From positions 734 through 64,733 of IMG/VR virus record IMGVR_UViG_3300027969_000097: a stretch of DNA of 64,000 nt; one strand, given 5' to 3'. Within the stretch, counting starts at the first letter, position 1. Each line of letters begins with the position of its first letter. A program made the position numbers and the translations under genes. The notes under the pieces were generated by a model. That model saw nothing but the letters and a program-made list of their open reading frames with translations, made no database searches and was not told the origin of the DNA. This document shows, piece after piece, positions 1-9,548 of the stretch. The stretch is from a virus (Duplodnaviria > Caudoviricetes).

Positions 1-206
1 TAAATGAGTTAATTAAAAAGTACACTGGCGTTGATATCAACGATACTGTAACGCCCGGTATAAATGATGCAGTAAAGAAAACTGTAGCGGCCGATACTAC
101 TGGTATAACATGGAAAGATCCTGCGCAAGCCGCTAAAGATTATGCTGATTTTGAAAAACGCACTGCATCAACAAACATAACAGGCAAGGCACCGGGCCAA
201 CTTTAA
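1..206 (+). CDS. 3' end of a hypothetical protein (truncated by window edge)
   Basis: Open frame from nt 3 (NELIKKYTGVDIND...GKAPGQL) to TAA 204-206. The stop overlaps the convergent stop at 203-205. Confidence 0.7.
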   Translation, partial: NELIKKYTGVDINDTVTPGINDAVKKTVAADTTGITWKDPAQAAKDYADFEKRTASTNITGKAPGQL

Positions 207-442
207 ACTAAGGGCAAGCCACTTTTCTGTGTAAGTTCAATATTTTCTTCAATAATAGAGCCCATCAGTGTTAAATCTTCTTTACTAAGTGTAAACAATA
301 AATCATCTATACCAACACCGCCCCGCATATACCAGCATATACGGAATAAATTAGTCTTGAGTCTCTTAACATCTTTTTCTAGCCTAACTAGATATTCTTC
401 AATTTCTTCGTTGGAAAGTCTAATTAGGCGCTGGCGAAAAAA
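203..442 (-). CDS. gp51-like baseplate-hub/tail assembly chaperone segment, probably made as a -1 frameshift extension of the upstream gp26-like gene
   Basis: Open -1 frame FFRQRLIRLSNEEIEEYLVRLEKDVKRLKTNLFRICWYMRGGVGIDDLLFTLSKEDLTLMGSIIEENIELTQKSGLPLV*. No ATG until MRGG. It begins at the slippery heptamer TTTTTTC (436-442). Not in the supplied ORF track. Confidence 0.65.
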   Translation of the reverse strand, partial: FFRQRLIRLSNEEIEEYLVRLEKDVKRLKTNLFRICWYMRGGVGIDDLLFTLSKEDLTLMGSIIEENIELTQKSGLPLV

Positions 443-1260
443 CCGGATTGATCCATATTAACAAACAGTGAATTATCAGCTTGGCAAGAATCGCACACTA
501 CTTGTACAGCAGGTAGTTCCCATCGTTTTCTATTTTCTTCAACTTTGGCTTTGATAGCATCGAACACACTCTTGTCGCAGTTGTTAAGCCACTCTTGAAT
601 AAACTGTCGTTGGTTAGTAACACCTTCTGGAGACTCTACACTTTCTACTTGTTGCATTAGTAAGTCATTTTGTATCACTGTGACTTTTTCAAATAATCCT
701 GCTAGTAATTTCTTTTGCTCTTCTTCTTGCTCTGGCTCAGTCATGGCCATTGCCTGTGATAACTGGCGTTGAATTTGAAAATTCTTAGTTTGAAATTCAG
801 TCCATTGTCGATAATTTAACGGATGTAGTGTAATTGTTATATCTTGCAAAGGTACTTTACTGTTGTATTCACAACTGCCAAAATGCTGGATATATGTACC
901 TAGATCAATGTCATAATCATTTATTTCGTTACAAGAATTGCAAGTGTGTGAAACTGACATGGTATTGCCTTCTGTAGCAATTCGTATGGCCACCAACAAC
1001 AAATCCAAATCTAACAAACACAAGTCCCACGCATCTTTAATTGTTGGGCAACAGCTTTCAATAACCTTTGTAGTGCTTTCCCCGTTCAACAACGCATCCG
1101 GTGTTTTGACCAGTATTTCATCCATGCCAGTCATACCGTAGATTGATACATTATCAGGGTCTCCATTCAAGGAGCCTGGTTGATTAAAAATCCCTTTGCT
1201 AGGTAGTTTAACGTAGACTTTAGGTTGTCTAAAATACTTCTTCAATGGATTATTGGCCAT
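424..1260 (-). CDS. T4 gp26-like baseplate hub subunit / assembly protein
   Basis: NPLKKYFRQPK..LPSKG N-terminus, two CxxC pairs (CNSC, CDSC), C-terminal GFF, GGAGA RBS and TATAAATA upstream. Confidence 0.75.
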   Translation of the reverse strand: MANNPLKKYFRQPKVYVKLPSKGIFNQPGSLNGDPDNVSIYGMTGMDEILVKTPDALLNGESTTKVIESCCPTIKDAWDLCLLDLDLLLVAIRIATEGNTMSVSHTCNSCNEINDYDIDLGTYIQHFGSCEYNSKVPLQDITITLHPLNYRQWTEFQTKNFQIQRQLSQAMAMTEPEQEEEQKKLLAGLFEKVTVIQNDLLMQQVESVESPEGVTNQRQFIQEWLNNCDKSVFDAIKAKVEENRKRWELPAVQVVCDSCQADNSLFVNMDQSGFFASA

Positions 1261-1271
1261 TATTATCTCCA

Positions 1272-1279
1272 GATAAATA
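1272..1279 (+). promoter_or_regulatory. T4-late-like promoter GATAAATA for tape-measure-like/portal unit
   Basis: Intergenic match to the TATAAATA core, upstream of RBS AAGGA (1311-1315). Confidence 0.55.
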
Positions 1280-1290
1280 TTACTATGATG

Positions 1291-1298
1291 TATTTATA
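1291..1298 (-). promoter_or_regulatory. T4 late promoter TATAAATA for gp26-like gene
   Basis: Exact T4 late consensus on the minus strand, 30 nt upstream of the ATG. Confidence 0.65.
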
Positions 1299-1322
1299 TA
1301 CGTATATTTCAAGGATAAAATA

Positions 1323-3404
1323 ATGGCAGGTGTAAAAGTTGTCGATATGACCGCAGAAGAGTTTGCTACCCTGATTGCTAAGGCAGTAAGCGGAGGATCA
1401 AACTCAAACTTTCAAAACAGAGTTGGTGGCGGAGCCACAGGCGATGTTAAAGGACTAATTGACAAATTTGGTGATGGATTAACTGGTATACTAGGACACA
1501 TGAGTGCCTTTGCTGGTAAAGCCATAGAACAAACAGCAGATACCAGTGATGCAGTAGCCATGGTGTCAAAAACCATGAGCGAAGTTTTGCCAGAAGCTTT
1601 TGGCGTATTGTTTAGTAAACTTGGTGGGTTTGTTGCTGACTCGGTTAGAGACTGGCAACAAGTTAGTAGTTTAGGATTTCAAATGGGCGGAGATGCTATG
1701 GCATTCCGCCAAGCATTCTCGTCAACTGGAATGAGTGTTCGAGATTGGGCAGGAATGTTAGATACTACTAAACCTGCATTTGCAATGTTAACTGGTAATC
1801 TTAGTACAGGCGCTCAAGCATTTGGTCAGCTGTCATTTGAAATACAAAACAGCACTAACAGTCAACAATTTTTAAAATTAGGCATGAATGCCAAAGACAT
1901 GAACGAAGCATTAGCAGTTACTATTGCTTCGCAAGGTGTACAACGCATTCAGGGTCAAAGTCAGCAAGAGCGTATGAATTCTTTTTTAGATTCAACTGCT
2001 AAACTTTCAAGAGAAATGGATGAACAAGCAAAACTTACTGGAATAAGTAGACAAGAACAATTAAAAAATGTAAGAGCAATACAAGAAGAAGCACAAACTC
2101 GTGCGGCCATACTGCAATTCCGTCAAAGAAATCCAGAAGGAGAAAAGACCCTAGGAAGTATTAACGCGGCTTCTGCTAACTACGGACAAGAAATGCAACG
2201 AGCATTGGTAATGTCAGTGGCAAGAAACGGCTCAATAACTCAAGACATGGCTAATCAGATTCAACAAACATATGGCCCTGCGGTGCTTGCTCAAGTTGTG
2301 GAAATTGGTAGGATGGCAAATAGTTCCAATGCAGAAATTCGAGAACAAGCAGTGACAGCTTCAAAAGCCCTACAAGGCCAGATGGGCGAAGGACTAAAAA
2401 CACAGTCACAAAATCATGCTCACGGTATTGCATTGCAATCAAAGATGACTCAAGAAGCATACAACCAGATTTTTAATCTAGAAACAAGTATGGCGGCTTA
2501 TAGAAATGCTGATCCAAGTCGTAAAAACATGACCGATGCAGAAATTATGGCTGGAATAAAAGAGGATATAGCACTACAACAAAAAGGTCTACTGACAGAA
2601 GCATTAAAAGGAGTAATAAATCCTGAAACTGGAAAAGAATACGCACGAGGTGATAAAGACCCTCGAGCACTTGCTACAGATTTGACCATGGAAGCGCAAC
2701 GTCAGATTACGTTGTTTGGCTCTAACCTTAATAGATTAGTTGATACTATGAATCAAAGGTTGACTAACAATTCCGATGTGGTAACGGCAGGCGGTGACGC
2801 ACTTAAAGCAATGAGACAAACTGGTACAACACCGGGCTCTAACATGCAACAAAGCCCAGTAACAGCATTGACAAGTAAGCTACTTCTTAAATTTGACACC
2901 TTTAATACAGAAGCTGAAAAGTCTCAACTAAGAATTGCGGCAAAATGGGACGAAGTACTTAAAAGAATTGAAACACTGTTTGGTAATGTTACTATAAGAG
3001 CAGACGGAACTAATCCTAGTAAATCTAGTTCATCAAGTTGGTTCCAATCTGGCCCGCAATTATCTATGTGGGGTGAGGCAGGTCCTGAAGCCATAGTAAA
3101 TGAAGCAGATGCCAGTAAGTTTATCATGGATAACATTGGTCTAGTTAGTAATTCTGGAGTCAATAGTCCCACAATGAATTCATTATTGAGAAATATTCCA
3201 GCTCAAATTAGTAGCGTTAAAGAAACAGTCAGTGCTCAAGTGGAGCAAGCAATCAACAGCACCACAGATCAATCTGAACTGGTGTCAGCTTTGCGCGAGA
3301 TAAGTACTGTGATGCAAGTAACTGCCACAACTATGAAAGAAGTTGCTAGAAATACCAAAGATACAGCCACAAACATTAAAGCCGCTGGCATTAATATTGT
3401 CTAA
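1323..3404 (+). CDS. tape-measure-like tail protein (about 693 aa)
   Basis: Ala/Gln/Met-rich helical sequence with C-terminal WGEAGPEAIV motif typical of tape measure proteins. Start moved to ATG 1323 behind the AAGGA RBS. Confidence 0.6.
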   Translation: MAGVKVVDMTAEEFATLIAKAVSGGSNSNFQNRVGGGATGDVKGLIDKFGDGLTGILGHMSAFAGKAIEQTADTSDAVAMVSKTMSEVLPEAFGVLFSKLGGFVADSVRDWQQVSSLGFQMGGDAMAFRQAFSSTGMSVRDWAGMLDTTKPAFAMLTGNLSTGAQAFGQLSFEIQNSTNSQQFLKLGMNAKDMNEALAVTIASQGVQRIQGQSQQERMNSFLDSTAKLSREMDEQAKLTGISRQEQLKNVRAIQEEAQTRAAILQFRQRNPEGEKTLGSINAASANYGQEMQRALVMSVARNGSITQDMANQIQQTYGPAVLAQVVEIGRMANSSNAEIREQAVTASKALQGQMGEGLKTQSQNHAHGIALQSKMTQEAYNQIFNLETSMAAYRNADPSRKNMTDAEIMAGIKEDIALQQKGLLTEALKGVINPETGKEYARGDKDPRALATDLTMEAQRQITLFGSNLNRLVDTMNQRLTNNSDVVTAGGDALKAMRQTGTTPGSNMQQSPVTALTSKLLLKFDTFNTEAEKSQLRIAAKWDEVLKRIETLFGNVTIRADGTNPSKSSSSSWFQSGPQLSMWGEAGPEAIVNEADASKFIMDNIGLVSNSGVNSPTMNSLLRNIPAQISSVKETVSAQVEQAINSTTDQSELVSALREISTVMQVTATTMKEVARNTKDTATNIKAAGINIV

Positions 3405-3418
3405 GGAATACATATAAT

Positions 3419-5143
3419 ATGAGTTGGAAAAAGTTTTTCACACCAGTACCTGTTGGATCACAAAGCCGTAGCCCGTTGGGTCCAAATAACACTAGTGCTG
3501 GTATGGGTCCGGCTAAAACAAACTATTCAAGCTATTTGCCAGATGTATACAGCGGTAGTCCAAATCGTATTGATCGTTATAATCAATATGAAACAATGGA
3601 TGCAGATCCAGAAGTTAATGCGGCCTTAGATATTTTAGCAGAATTTTGTACACAAAAAAACAAAGACGGACACAGCGCGGCATTTAAAATTGAATGGCGT
3701 AGCAAAGCCACTAATGCTGAAACAAAAATTCTAACCGAATATTTAAATCAATGGGTTAAGTTACAACAGTTTGATACACGTATTTTCCGTATATTGCGTA
3801 ATACATTTAAGTTTGGTGATAGTTTCTTTATTCGTGATCCAGAAACACAAAAGTGGTTTTATGTTGATCCAAGCAAAGTAGTTAAAATTATTGCCAACGA
3901 AAGCGAAGGTAAAAAGCCAGAGCAGTATGTTATCCGTGATATCAATCCTAACTTTCAAAATTTAGTTGCTACACAAATTGCACCTAACGTAAAAGATGTT
4001 AATCGAGGCGGATCAAGTGCAAGTGTAGGCACAGGCGGCATGGCCGCACGTGGTATGACAGGCGCATATCCATCAACCGGCAGTCGTTGGGATAAACAAG
4101 AAAATGAAGTAGCAGTTAACGCTGAACACGTTATTCATTTGTCATTAAGCGAAGGTTTAGACAACAATTATCCGTTTGGTAACAGCTTATTAGAAAACAT
4201 CTTTAAAGTTTACAAGCAAAAAGAACTATTAGAAGATGCTATTCTTATCTATCGTATACAACGTGCTCCAGAAAGACGCATCTTTCACATAGATGTAGGT
4301 AACATGCCCAGCCACTTGGCCATGGCGTTTGTGGAAAGAGTCAAAGACCAGATCCATCAACGTAGAATTCCTAGCCAAAATGGCGGCGGTCAGAACGTTA
4401 TTGACAGTGCTTACAACCCATTAAGCATTAATGAAGACTATTTCTTTCCTAAATCAGCAGACGGACGTGGTAGTGATGTTACAACATTGCCCGGCGGAAC
4501 TAACTTAGGTGAGATTGACGACTTAAAATACTTTACTAACAAGTTATTCCGCGGTTTGCGCATACCAAGTAGCTATTTGCCTACTGGTGCAGACGACAGT
4601 AACAGCAGTTACAATGATGGTCGTGTGGGCACAGCATACATTCAAGAGCTACGCTTTAACAAATACTGCGAACGTTTGCAAGCATTGATATCAACTTCGT
4701 TTGATATTGAATTCAAACGCTACATGCACACACGTGGTGTGAACATTGATGCCACTTTGTTTGATTTGCGCTTTAATGAACCACTAAACTTTGCAAGTAG
4801 CCGTCAAGCGGCCTTGGACACTGAGCGTATCAATACCTTTAACACGATACAAGCAGTACCTTATATGAGTCATCGATTTGCATTAAAGCGTTTCTTAGGT
4901 CTAACAGAAGACGAGATTGCAGAAAACGAACGTCTATGGGCAGAAGAACAAGGCGACGGCAGTGCTACTGACACAGATAGTGCTGGAGAATTACGCGGTG
5001 CAGGATTAAGTGCAGGTGGCATTGCAGGAGATATGACTACTAGCGGTGATTTGTCTGCTCCTGAAGGTATGGAAAATCCTTTAGAGCCTGCTCCAACACC
5101 AGGAGCAGAAGCACCGGCACCAGGAATGCCTCCCGCAAGATAA
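3419..5143 (+). CDS. gp20: portal vertex protein (T4 gp20 family)
   Basis: Motifs LLEDAILIYRIQRAPERRIFHIDVGNMP, EDYFFP, TLPGG.NLGEIDD..YF..KL...L.IP.S. Confidence 0.95.
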   Translation: MSWKKFFTPVPVGSQSRSPLGPNNTSAGMGPAKTNYSSYLPDVYSGSPNRIDRYNQYETMDADPEVNAALDILAEFCTQKNKDGHSAAFKIEWRSKATNAETKILTEYLNQWVKLQQFDTRIFRILRNTFKFGDSFFIRDPETQKWFYVDPSKVVKIIANESEGKKPEQYVIRDINPNFQNLVATQIAPNVKDVNRGGSSASVGTGGMAARGMTGAYPSTGSRWDKQENEVAVNAEHVIHLSLSEGLDNNYPFGNSLLENIFKVYKQKELLEDAILIYRIQRAPERRIFHIDVGNMPSHLAMAFVERVKDQIHQRRIPSQNGGGQNVIDSAYNPLSINEDYFFPKSADGRGSDVTTLPGGTNLGEIDDLKYFTNKLFRGLRIPSSYLPTGADDSNSSYNDGRVGTAYIQELRFNKYCERLQALISTSFDIEFKRYMHTRGVNIDATLFDLRFNEPLNFASSRQAALDTERINTFNTIQAVPYMSHRFALKRFLGLTEDEIAENERLWAEEQGDGSATDTDSAGELRGAGLSAGGIAGDMTTSGDLSAPEGMENPLEPAPTPGAEAPAPGMPPAR

Positions 5144-5146
5144 ATA
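5139..5146 (+). promoter_or_regulatory. late promoter GATAAATA, leaderless to ATG 5152
   Basis: Overlaps the portal stop codon. 5 nt to the ATG, no SD. Confidence 0.55.
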
Positions 5147-5151
5147 TTAAC

Positions 5152-5391
5152 ATGATACTACGTGAACTTTTTAATATGTCGGATGCTGGGCGCAATGTTA
5201 ATGACATGCGTTATGATCCATTGCGCGACCAATCAGCTATGAAGAAATCCGACACACGTAAGACAAGATTGACACTATCTCAGATCAACGAACTTCGCAA
5301 AGGTAGCGAAGCACACATACTAGAACAAGAGCATGAACTAGCTTTTATTAACAAGATGTATGCTAAACCACCGGTGCCGGCACCGGCATAA
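5152..5391 (+). CDS. small head-module hypothetical protein
   Basis: 79 aa (MILRELF...DTRKTRLTLSQINELRK), between portal and core genes. Confidence 0.75.
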   Translation: MILRELFNMSDAGRNVNDMRYDPLRDQSAMKKSDTRKTRLTLSQINELRKGSEAHILEQEHELAFINKMYAKPPVPAPA

Positions 5392-5452
5392 ACGGGTTAG
5401 TACATAAAACGGGCTGTTTTTACACTATATCAGCATGTATTTTGCTGATACG

Positions 5453-5460
5453 TGTAAATA
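5453..5460 (+). promoter_or_regulatory. late promoter TGTAAATA for core/protease/scaffold/capsid unit
   Basis: Intergenic TAAATA upstream of CAGGAG RBS and ATG 5498. Confidence 0.55.
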
Positions 5461-5497
5461 TCATACAGCCTTGTATTCATATTCACAGGAGACAAAC

Positions 5498-6448
5498 ATG
5501 ACTGATCGTACACAATTCGAGCAAATGCTCGAGGCTTTGATTAATGAAGATAAATCAACAGCACAAGAAATATTCCACAACATCGTAGTCGCAAAATCAC
5601 GCGAAATCTACGAAGAACTATTAGAAAATGACTTTGGACAATCAAGTTCAGATTCTTCAACTCCACCTACCGATACCGGAATGGAAGAAGAAGACGAAAA
5701 AGATGACGCTGAAGATGACTTCAGTGCCGACGATGAAACTGATGACATGGTCGGAGACGTTGATGCAGACAGCGATGACGAAGGCGACGAACCAGAAGGT
5801 GACGTTGAAGATCGCGTACAAGATTTAGAAGATGCTTTAGAAGACTTAAAAGCAGAGTTTGAACAGCTAATGGCTGGTGAAGAAAACGGCGACATGGGTG
5901 CTGATGACATGGCAGGCGATGACATGGCAGGCGACGAATTTGGTGCTGATGACATGGGTATGGATGCCATGGCAGGCGATGACAGCATGGAAGATGAAAG
6001 CGCAGGTTCAGGCGAAGGCACTGAAGTACATCACTATATCCACACAGACGAACAAAGTTTTATGGAAGATGACGAACAACTAATCCGCGAATACGTTGAA
6101 AAAGTTGGCGGCGCCACATACAACACATTCGGCTCTATGGGCGACAACGGTACAAACACTAAGTCTGTTGTAGCTGGTAAGAACGATATGGGCGGTACAG
6201 TAAAGAATATTGCGCAGAACCACACAGAAGTTAGTGCTGATATTGGTGCTAAATCGACAGTTCAAGGCAATGGTGTAATGAGTCCTAAAGTAGCTCCTAA
6301 CCCAGATGCTAAAGGTAACATTAATGTTCCAGGCGGCAAAGCAGGCAATGCATTTAGTACAAAACAGCCAGGACACGGTGCTGAAAAAGCAGGTTCTAAA
6401 GAAACTGCTACTAACAAGCAAAGCATTTTACGTCAAGCTAAGAAATAA
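5498..6448 (+). CDS. acidic prohead core protein (gp67/gp68-like position)
   Basis: Extremely Asp/Glu-rich, with coiled coil EDRVQDLEDALEDLKAEFEQLM, directly before the protease. Start at ATG 5498 after AGGAG. Confidence 0.65.
   Translation: MTDRTQFEQMLEALINEDKSTAQEIFHNIVVAKSREIYEELLENDFGQSSSDSSTPPTDTGMEEEDEKDDAEDDFSADDETDDMVGDVDADSDDEGDEPEGDVEDRVQDLEDALEDLKAEFEQLMAGEENGDMGADDMAGDDMAGDEFGADDMGMDAMAGDDSMEDESAGSGEGTEVHHYIHTDEQSFMEDDEQLIREYVEKVGGATYNTFGSMGDNGTNTKSVVAGKNDMGGTVKNIAQNHTEVSADIGAKSTVQGNGVMSPKVAPNPDAKGNINVPGGKAGNAFSTKQPGHGAEKAGSKETATNKQSILRQAKK
5903..5932 (+). repeat. 15-bp tandem repeat GATGACATGGCAGGC x2 (DDMAG), with degenerate copies to about 5985
   Basis: Read directly from the sequence. 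Confidence 0.8.
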
Positions 6449-6466
6449 AAAGAGACTATTTAAAAT

Positions 6467-7096
6467 ATGTCACTATACCTCCGAGAGAATCTCAGTTTCA
6501 ACGAAGCAAAAATGGTCGTTGAGTCTGATGACAAAGACGGGAAAAGTTTATACATGTCCGGGATTTGCATCCAGGGCGGTATAAAAAACGCTAACCAGCG
6601 TGTTTATCCGGTGCAAGAGATTGGCAAGGCTGTCAAAACCCTTAACGATCAGATTCAAAACGGCTATTCAGTTCTCGGAGAAGTAGATCATCCAGATGAT
6701 CTAAAAATAAATTTGGACAGGGTCAGTCACATGATAACAAACATGTGGATGGACGGTCCAAATGGTTACGGCAAACTTAAAATTTTGCCAACTCCTATGG
6801 GGCAACTAATTCGTACAATGCTGGAAAGCGGAGTAAAATTAGGTGTCTCCAGCAGGGGGTCCGGTAACGTCAAAGGCGACGGCTCCGGTGAAGTATCAGA
6901 TTTTGAGATTATCACAGTAGATATGGTAGCTCAACCTAGTGCTCCGGGAGCATATCCAACACCAATTTATGAACACCTTATGAATAATAAGGGAGGATTA
7001 AGTGCCTTACGCATAGCGCAAGAGGTGAAAGGTGATCCTAAAGCACAGAAATATCTCAAAGAGAGCCTATTAGCAATAATTGGCAAACTCCAATAA
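6467..7096 (+). CDS. gp21: prohead core protease (T4 gp21 family)
   Basis: NANQRVYP, LGEVDHP, LGVSSRGSG, DMVAQPSAPGAY motifs. Confidence 0.93.
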   Translation: MSLYLRENLSFNEAKMVVESDDKDGKSLYMSGICIQGGIKNANQRVYPVQEIGKAVKTLNDQIQNGYSVLGEVDHPDDLKINLDRVSHMITNMWMDGPNGYGKLKILPTPMGQLIRTMLESGVKLGVSSRGSGNVKGDGSGEVSDFEIITVDMVAQPSAPGAYPTPIYEHLMNNKGGLSALRIAQEVKGDPKAQKYLKESLLAIIGKLQ

Positions 7097-7108
7097 AAGG
7101 AGAATCAC

Positions 7109-8209
7109 ATGTTGGAAGCACTTAAAAGTTTATTTGAAAACAACGTGATTTCTGAAGAGATCCAAGCTTCTCTTGAGTCTGCTTTCGAAGCTCGTTTAAC
7201 CGAGACTCGCGAAGTATTAACTCAACAGTTACGCGAAGAATTTTCCCAAAAGTACGAACATGACAAACAAGTTATGATTGAAGCTGTCGACACAATGATC
7301 AGCGAACAATTAGCACAGGAAATTGTCGAGTTTACAGAAGATCGTAATCAACTTGCAGAAATGAAAGTTAAGTATGCTCAAAAAATGAAAGCAGACACAG
7401 CGACAATGAAGGAATTCGTTACTCGCCAGTTGGCTTCTGAAGTTTTAGAGCTACATGAAGATCAGAAAGTAATGGCTAGTAAATTTGGACTATTAGAAAC
7501 TTTCGTAGTAGAAGCATTGGCCCAAGAAATCGCAGAATTTTACAAAGACAAGCAAGACCTTGCTGAGACCAAGGTACGATTAGTCCGTGAAGGACGTCAA
7601 CAACTTGCAAAAGTTAAAGAACAGTTTGTACAACGAGCCGCTCAGATGGTTGACACATTAGTAACAGAAGGTTTAACTACCGAACTTACTAGTTTGAAAG
7701 AAGACATCGAATCAGCACGCCGCACAGACTTTGGTCGTAAGATGTTCGAGGCGTTTGCCGCAGAATATCAGACTAGTTACTTGAACGAGAAATCAGAAAC
7801 TGCAAAATTGCTCAAAGTCATAGACTTGAAAACGGCTGAACTAACAGAAGCGCAAGCTCATGTTATCATGGCACAAAAAGTAATAGAAAGCAAAAAAGCA
7901 GAATCAAGACGTCTAGGCGAAAGCATTGAACGTCAAAAAATCATGGCAGAATTGCTAAGTCCACTTAACGGTGAACAAAAAGTAATTATGAGTGAATTAA
8001 TGGAAAGCGTGAAAACAGCAAAACTAGTTGATAGTTTTGACAAGTATCTACCAGCTGTTATAGCAGGTAAAGCTCCACAAAAACAAAAACAGGCACTAAC
8101 TGAGGCAAAAGAAATCACAGGAAACAAAGTTTCCAACACCAATCGTAGCAGTGAGCTAGAAAACAATAACATTATTGATATTCGTAGACTTGCTGGACTA
8201 AAAATTTAA
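7109..8209 (+). CDS. gp22: prohead scaffolding/core protein (T4 gp22-like)
   Basis: Coiled-coil Glu/Lys-rich protein between protease and capsid, with GRKMFEAFAAEY. Confidence 0.8.
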   Translation: MLEALKSLFENNVISEEIQASLESAFEARLTETREVLTQQLREEFSQKYEHDKQVMIEAVDTMISEQLAQEIVEFTEDRNQLAEMKVKYAQKMKADTATMKEFVTRQLASEVLELHEDQKVMASKFGLLETFVVEALAQEIAEFYKDKQDLAETKVRLVREGRQQLAKVKEQFVQRAAQMVDTLVTEGLTTELTSLKEDIESARRTDFGRKMFEAFAAEYQTSYLNEKSETAKLLKVIDLKTAELTEAQAHVIMAQKVIESKKAESRRLGESIERQKIMAELLSPLNGEQKVIMSELMESVKTAKLVDSFDKYLPAVIAGKAPQKQKQALTEAKEITGNKVSNTNRSSELENNNIIDIRRLAGLKI

Positions 8210-8220
8210 GGAGAATTTAA

Positions 8221-9393
8221 ATGTCAGAACTACTAAACGGACGTTGGGCAGAAACTAAGGAAGCACTTTTAGAAGGCCTAAACGGCACTAAAAAATCAGT
8301 AATGTCGGTTACACTAGAAAATACTCGTAAGTATTTGATGGAATCCCCAACAGCTGGTGCTACCTCTGCCGGTAACGTTGCCACACTAAATCGCGTAATC
8401 CTTCCAGTGATTCGCCGCGTTATGCCTACAGTCATTGCTAATGAACTAGTCGGCGTACAACCAATGACTGGTCCAGTTGGACAAATCCACACATTGCGTG
8501 TTCGTTATGCAGATAACTCAACAAACAGTGGAGTAACAGCAGGTGAAGAGGCATTGAGCCCATTCAAGATTGCAGAAGCATATTCTGGAAACGAAAGTGC
8601 AACAGCTAAAGCGGCTTCAACAGCTACTTTAGAAGGTCGTGCTGGTAACAGAATGAGCATTCAAATCTTGAAACAAACAGTTGAAGCTAAGACACGTAAG
8701 TTATCAGCTCGCTGGACGTTTGAAGCCGCACAAGACGCACAAGCCCAACAAGGTATTGACGTTGAAGCAGAAATCATGGCCGCTTTAGCACAAGAAATTA
8801 CTGCTGAAATCGACCAGGAAGTATTGGCTAGCTTGTTAACACTTGCTGGTTCAGATACTGAGACATACAACCAAGCTAGCGTATCTGGTACAGCTACATT
8901 CGTTGGTGACGAGCATGCCGCATTGGCAGTTCAGATCAACCGTGTTGCTAACTTGATCGCTCAGCGTACACGTCGTGGTGCTGGTAACTACGCTGTGGTA
9001 AGTCCATTTGCATTGACAATCCTACAATCTGCTACTACAAGCGCATTTGCTCGTACAACAGAAGGTACATTCGAAGCACCTACAAACACCAAGTTTGTTG
9101 GTACATTGAACAATGCTATGAAGATTTATGTTAACTCATACGCAAACGATTCAACAAGTATTCTTGTTGGTTACAAAGGTTCTTCAGAGTCTGATGCTCC
9201 TGCATTCTACTGCCCATACATTCCTTTAATGTCAAGCGGTGTTGTGTTAGATCCATCAACATTTGAACCAGTCGTATCATTCATGACACGTTATGGCTAC
9301 GTAGAATTAAGCAACACTGCTTCTTCTCTAGGTAACGCCGCTGACTACTTAGGTCGTGTTGGTATTACTTCAGCTAACGTTAAATTCAGTTAA
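8221..9393 (+). CDS. gp23: major capsid protein (T4 gp23 family)
   Basis: VGVQPMTGPVGQI, VEAKTRKLSARWTFEAAQD, EITAEIDQE, FYCPYIPL, FMTRYG motifs. Confidence 0.97.
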   Translation: MSELLNGRWAETKEALLEGLNGTKKSVMSVTLENTRKYLMESPTAGATSAGNVATLNRVILPVIRRVMPTVIANELVGVQPMTGPVGQIHTLRVRYADNSTNSGVTAGEEALSPFKIAEAYSGNESATAKAASTATLEGRAGNRMSIQILKQTVEAKTRKLSARWTFEAAQDAQAQQGIDVEAEIMAALAQEITAEIDQEVLASLLTLAGSDTETYNQASVSGTATFVGDEHAALAVQINRVANLIAQRTRRGAGNYAVVSPFALTILQSATTSAFARTTEGTFEAPTNTKFVGTLNNAMKIYVNSYANDSTSILVGYKGSSESDAPAFYCPYIPLMSSGVVLDPSTFEPVVSFMTRYGYVELSNTASSLGNAADYLGRVGITSANVKFS

Positions 9394-9420
9394 TCTGAAA
9401 ATAACATTATTGTTATAGAC

Positions 9421-9446
9421 AAAGGACTTCTTCGGAAGTCCTTTTT
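9421..9446 (+). terminator. Rho-independent terminator after major capsid gene
   Basis: AAAGGACTTC-TTCG-GAAGTCCTTTTT, with a C(UUCG)G loop and U tract. Confidence 0.9.
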
Positions 9447-9454
9447 CATTTGTA

Positions 9455-9548
9455 GCTAAATACATAGTACGACTTACACGGTGTAAGTTTTATGCGGAAA
9501 TCCAACCGCGTATGGCCTAGAACGCCATTATTCTTAAGGAGAAATAAA
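9455..9548 (+). promoter_or_regulatory. late promoter GCTAAATA plus structured 5' leader (three hairpins)
   Basis: GCTAAATA 9455-9462. Hairpins at 9472-9488, 9491-9512 and 9513-9527. AAGGAG RBS before ATG 9549. Confidence 0.55.

Noticed and set aside
1245-1322. N-terminal extensions in the ORF track (also 5435, 9492, 14836, 43722, 43813, 44976, 52180, 54230, 60475, 61837)
   Set aside because: Downstream ATGs have an SD, an ATGA overlap or late-promoter spacing, and the extensions overlap promoters or neighbouring genes.
5608-6021. Ser-rich 137-aa minus-strand ORF and the many other short antisense ORFs in structural genes
   Set aside because: Shadows of biased codon usage on the coding strand.
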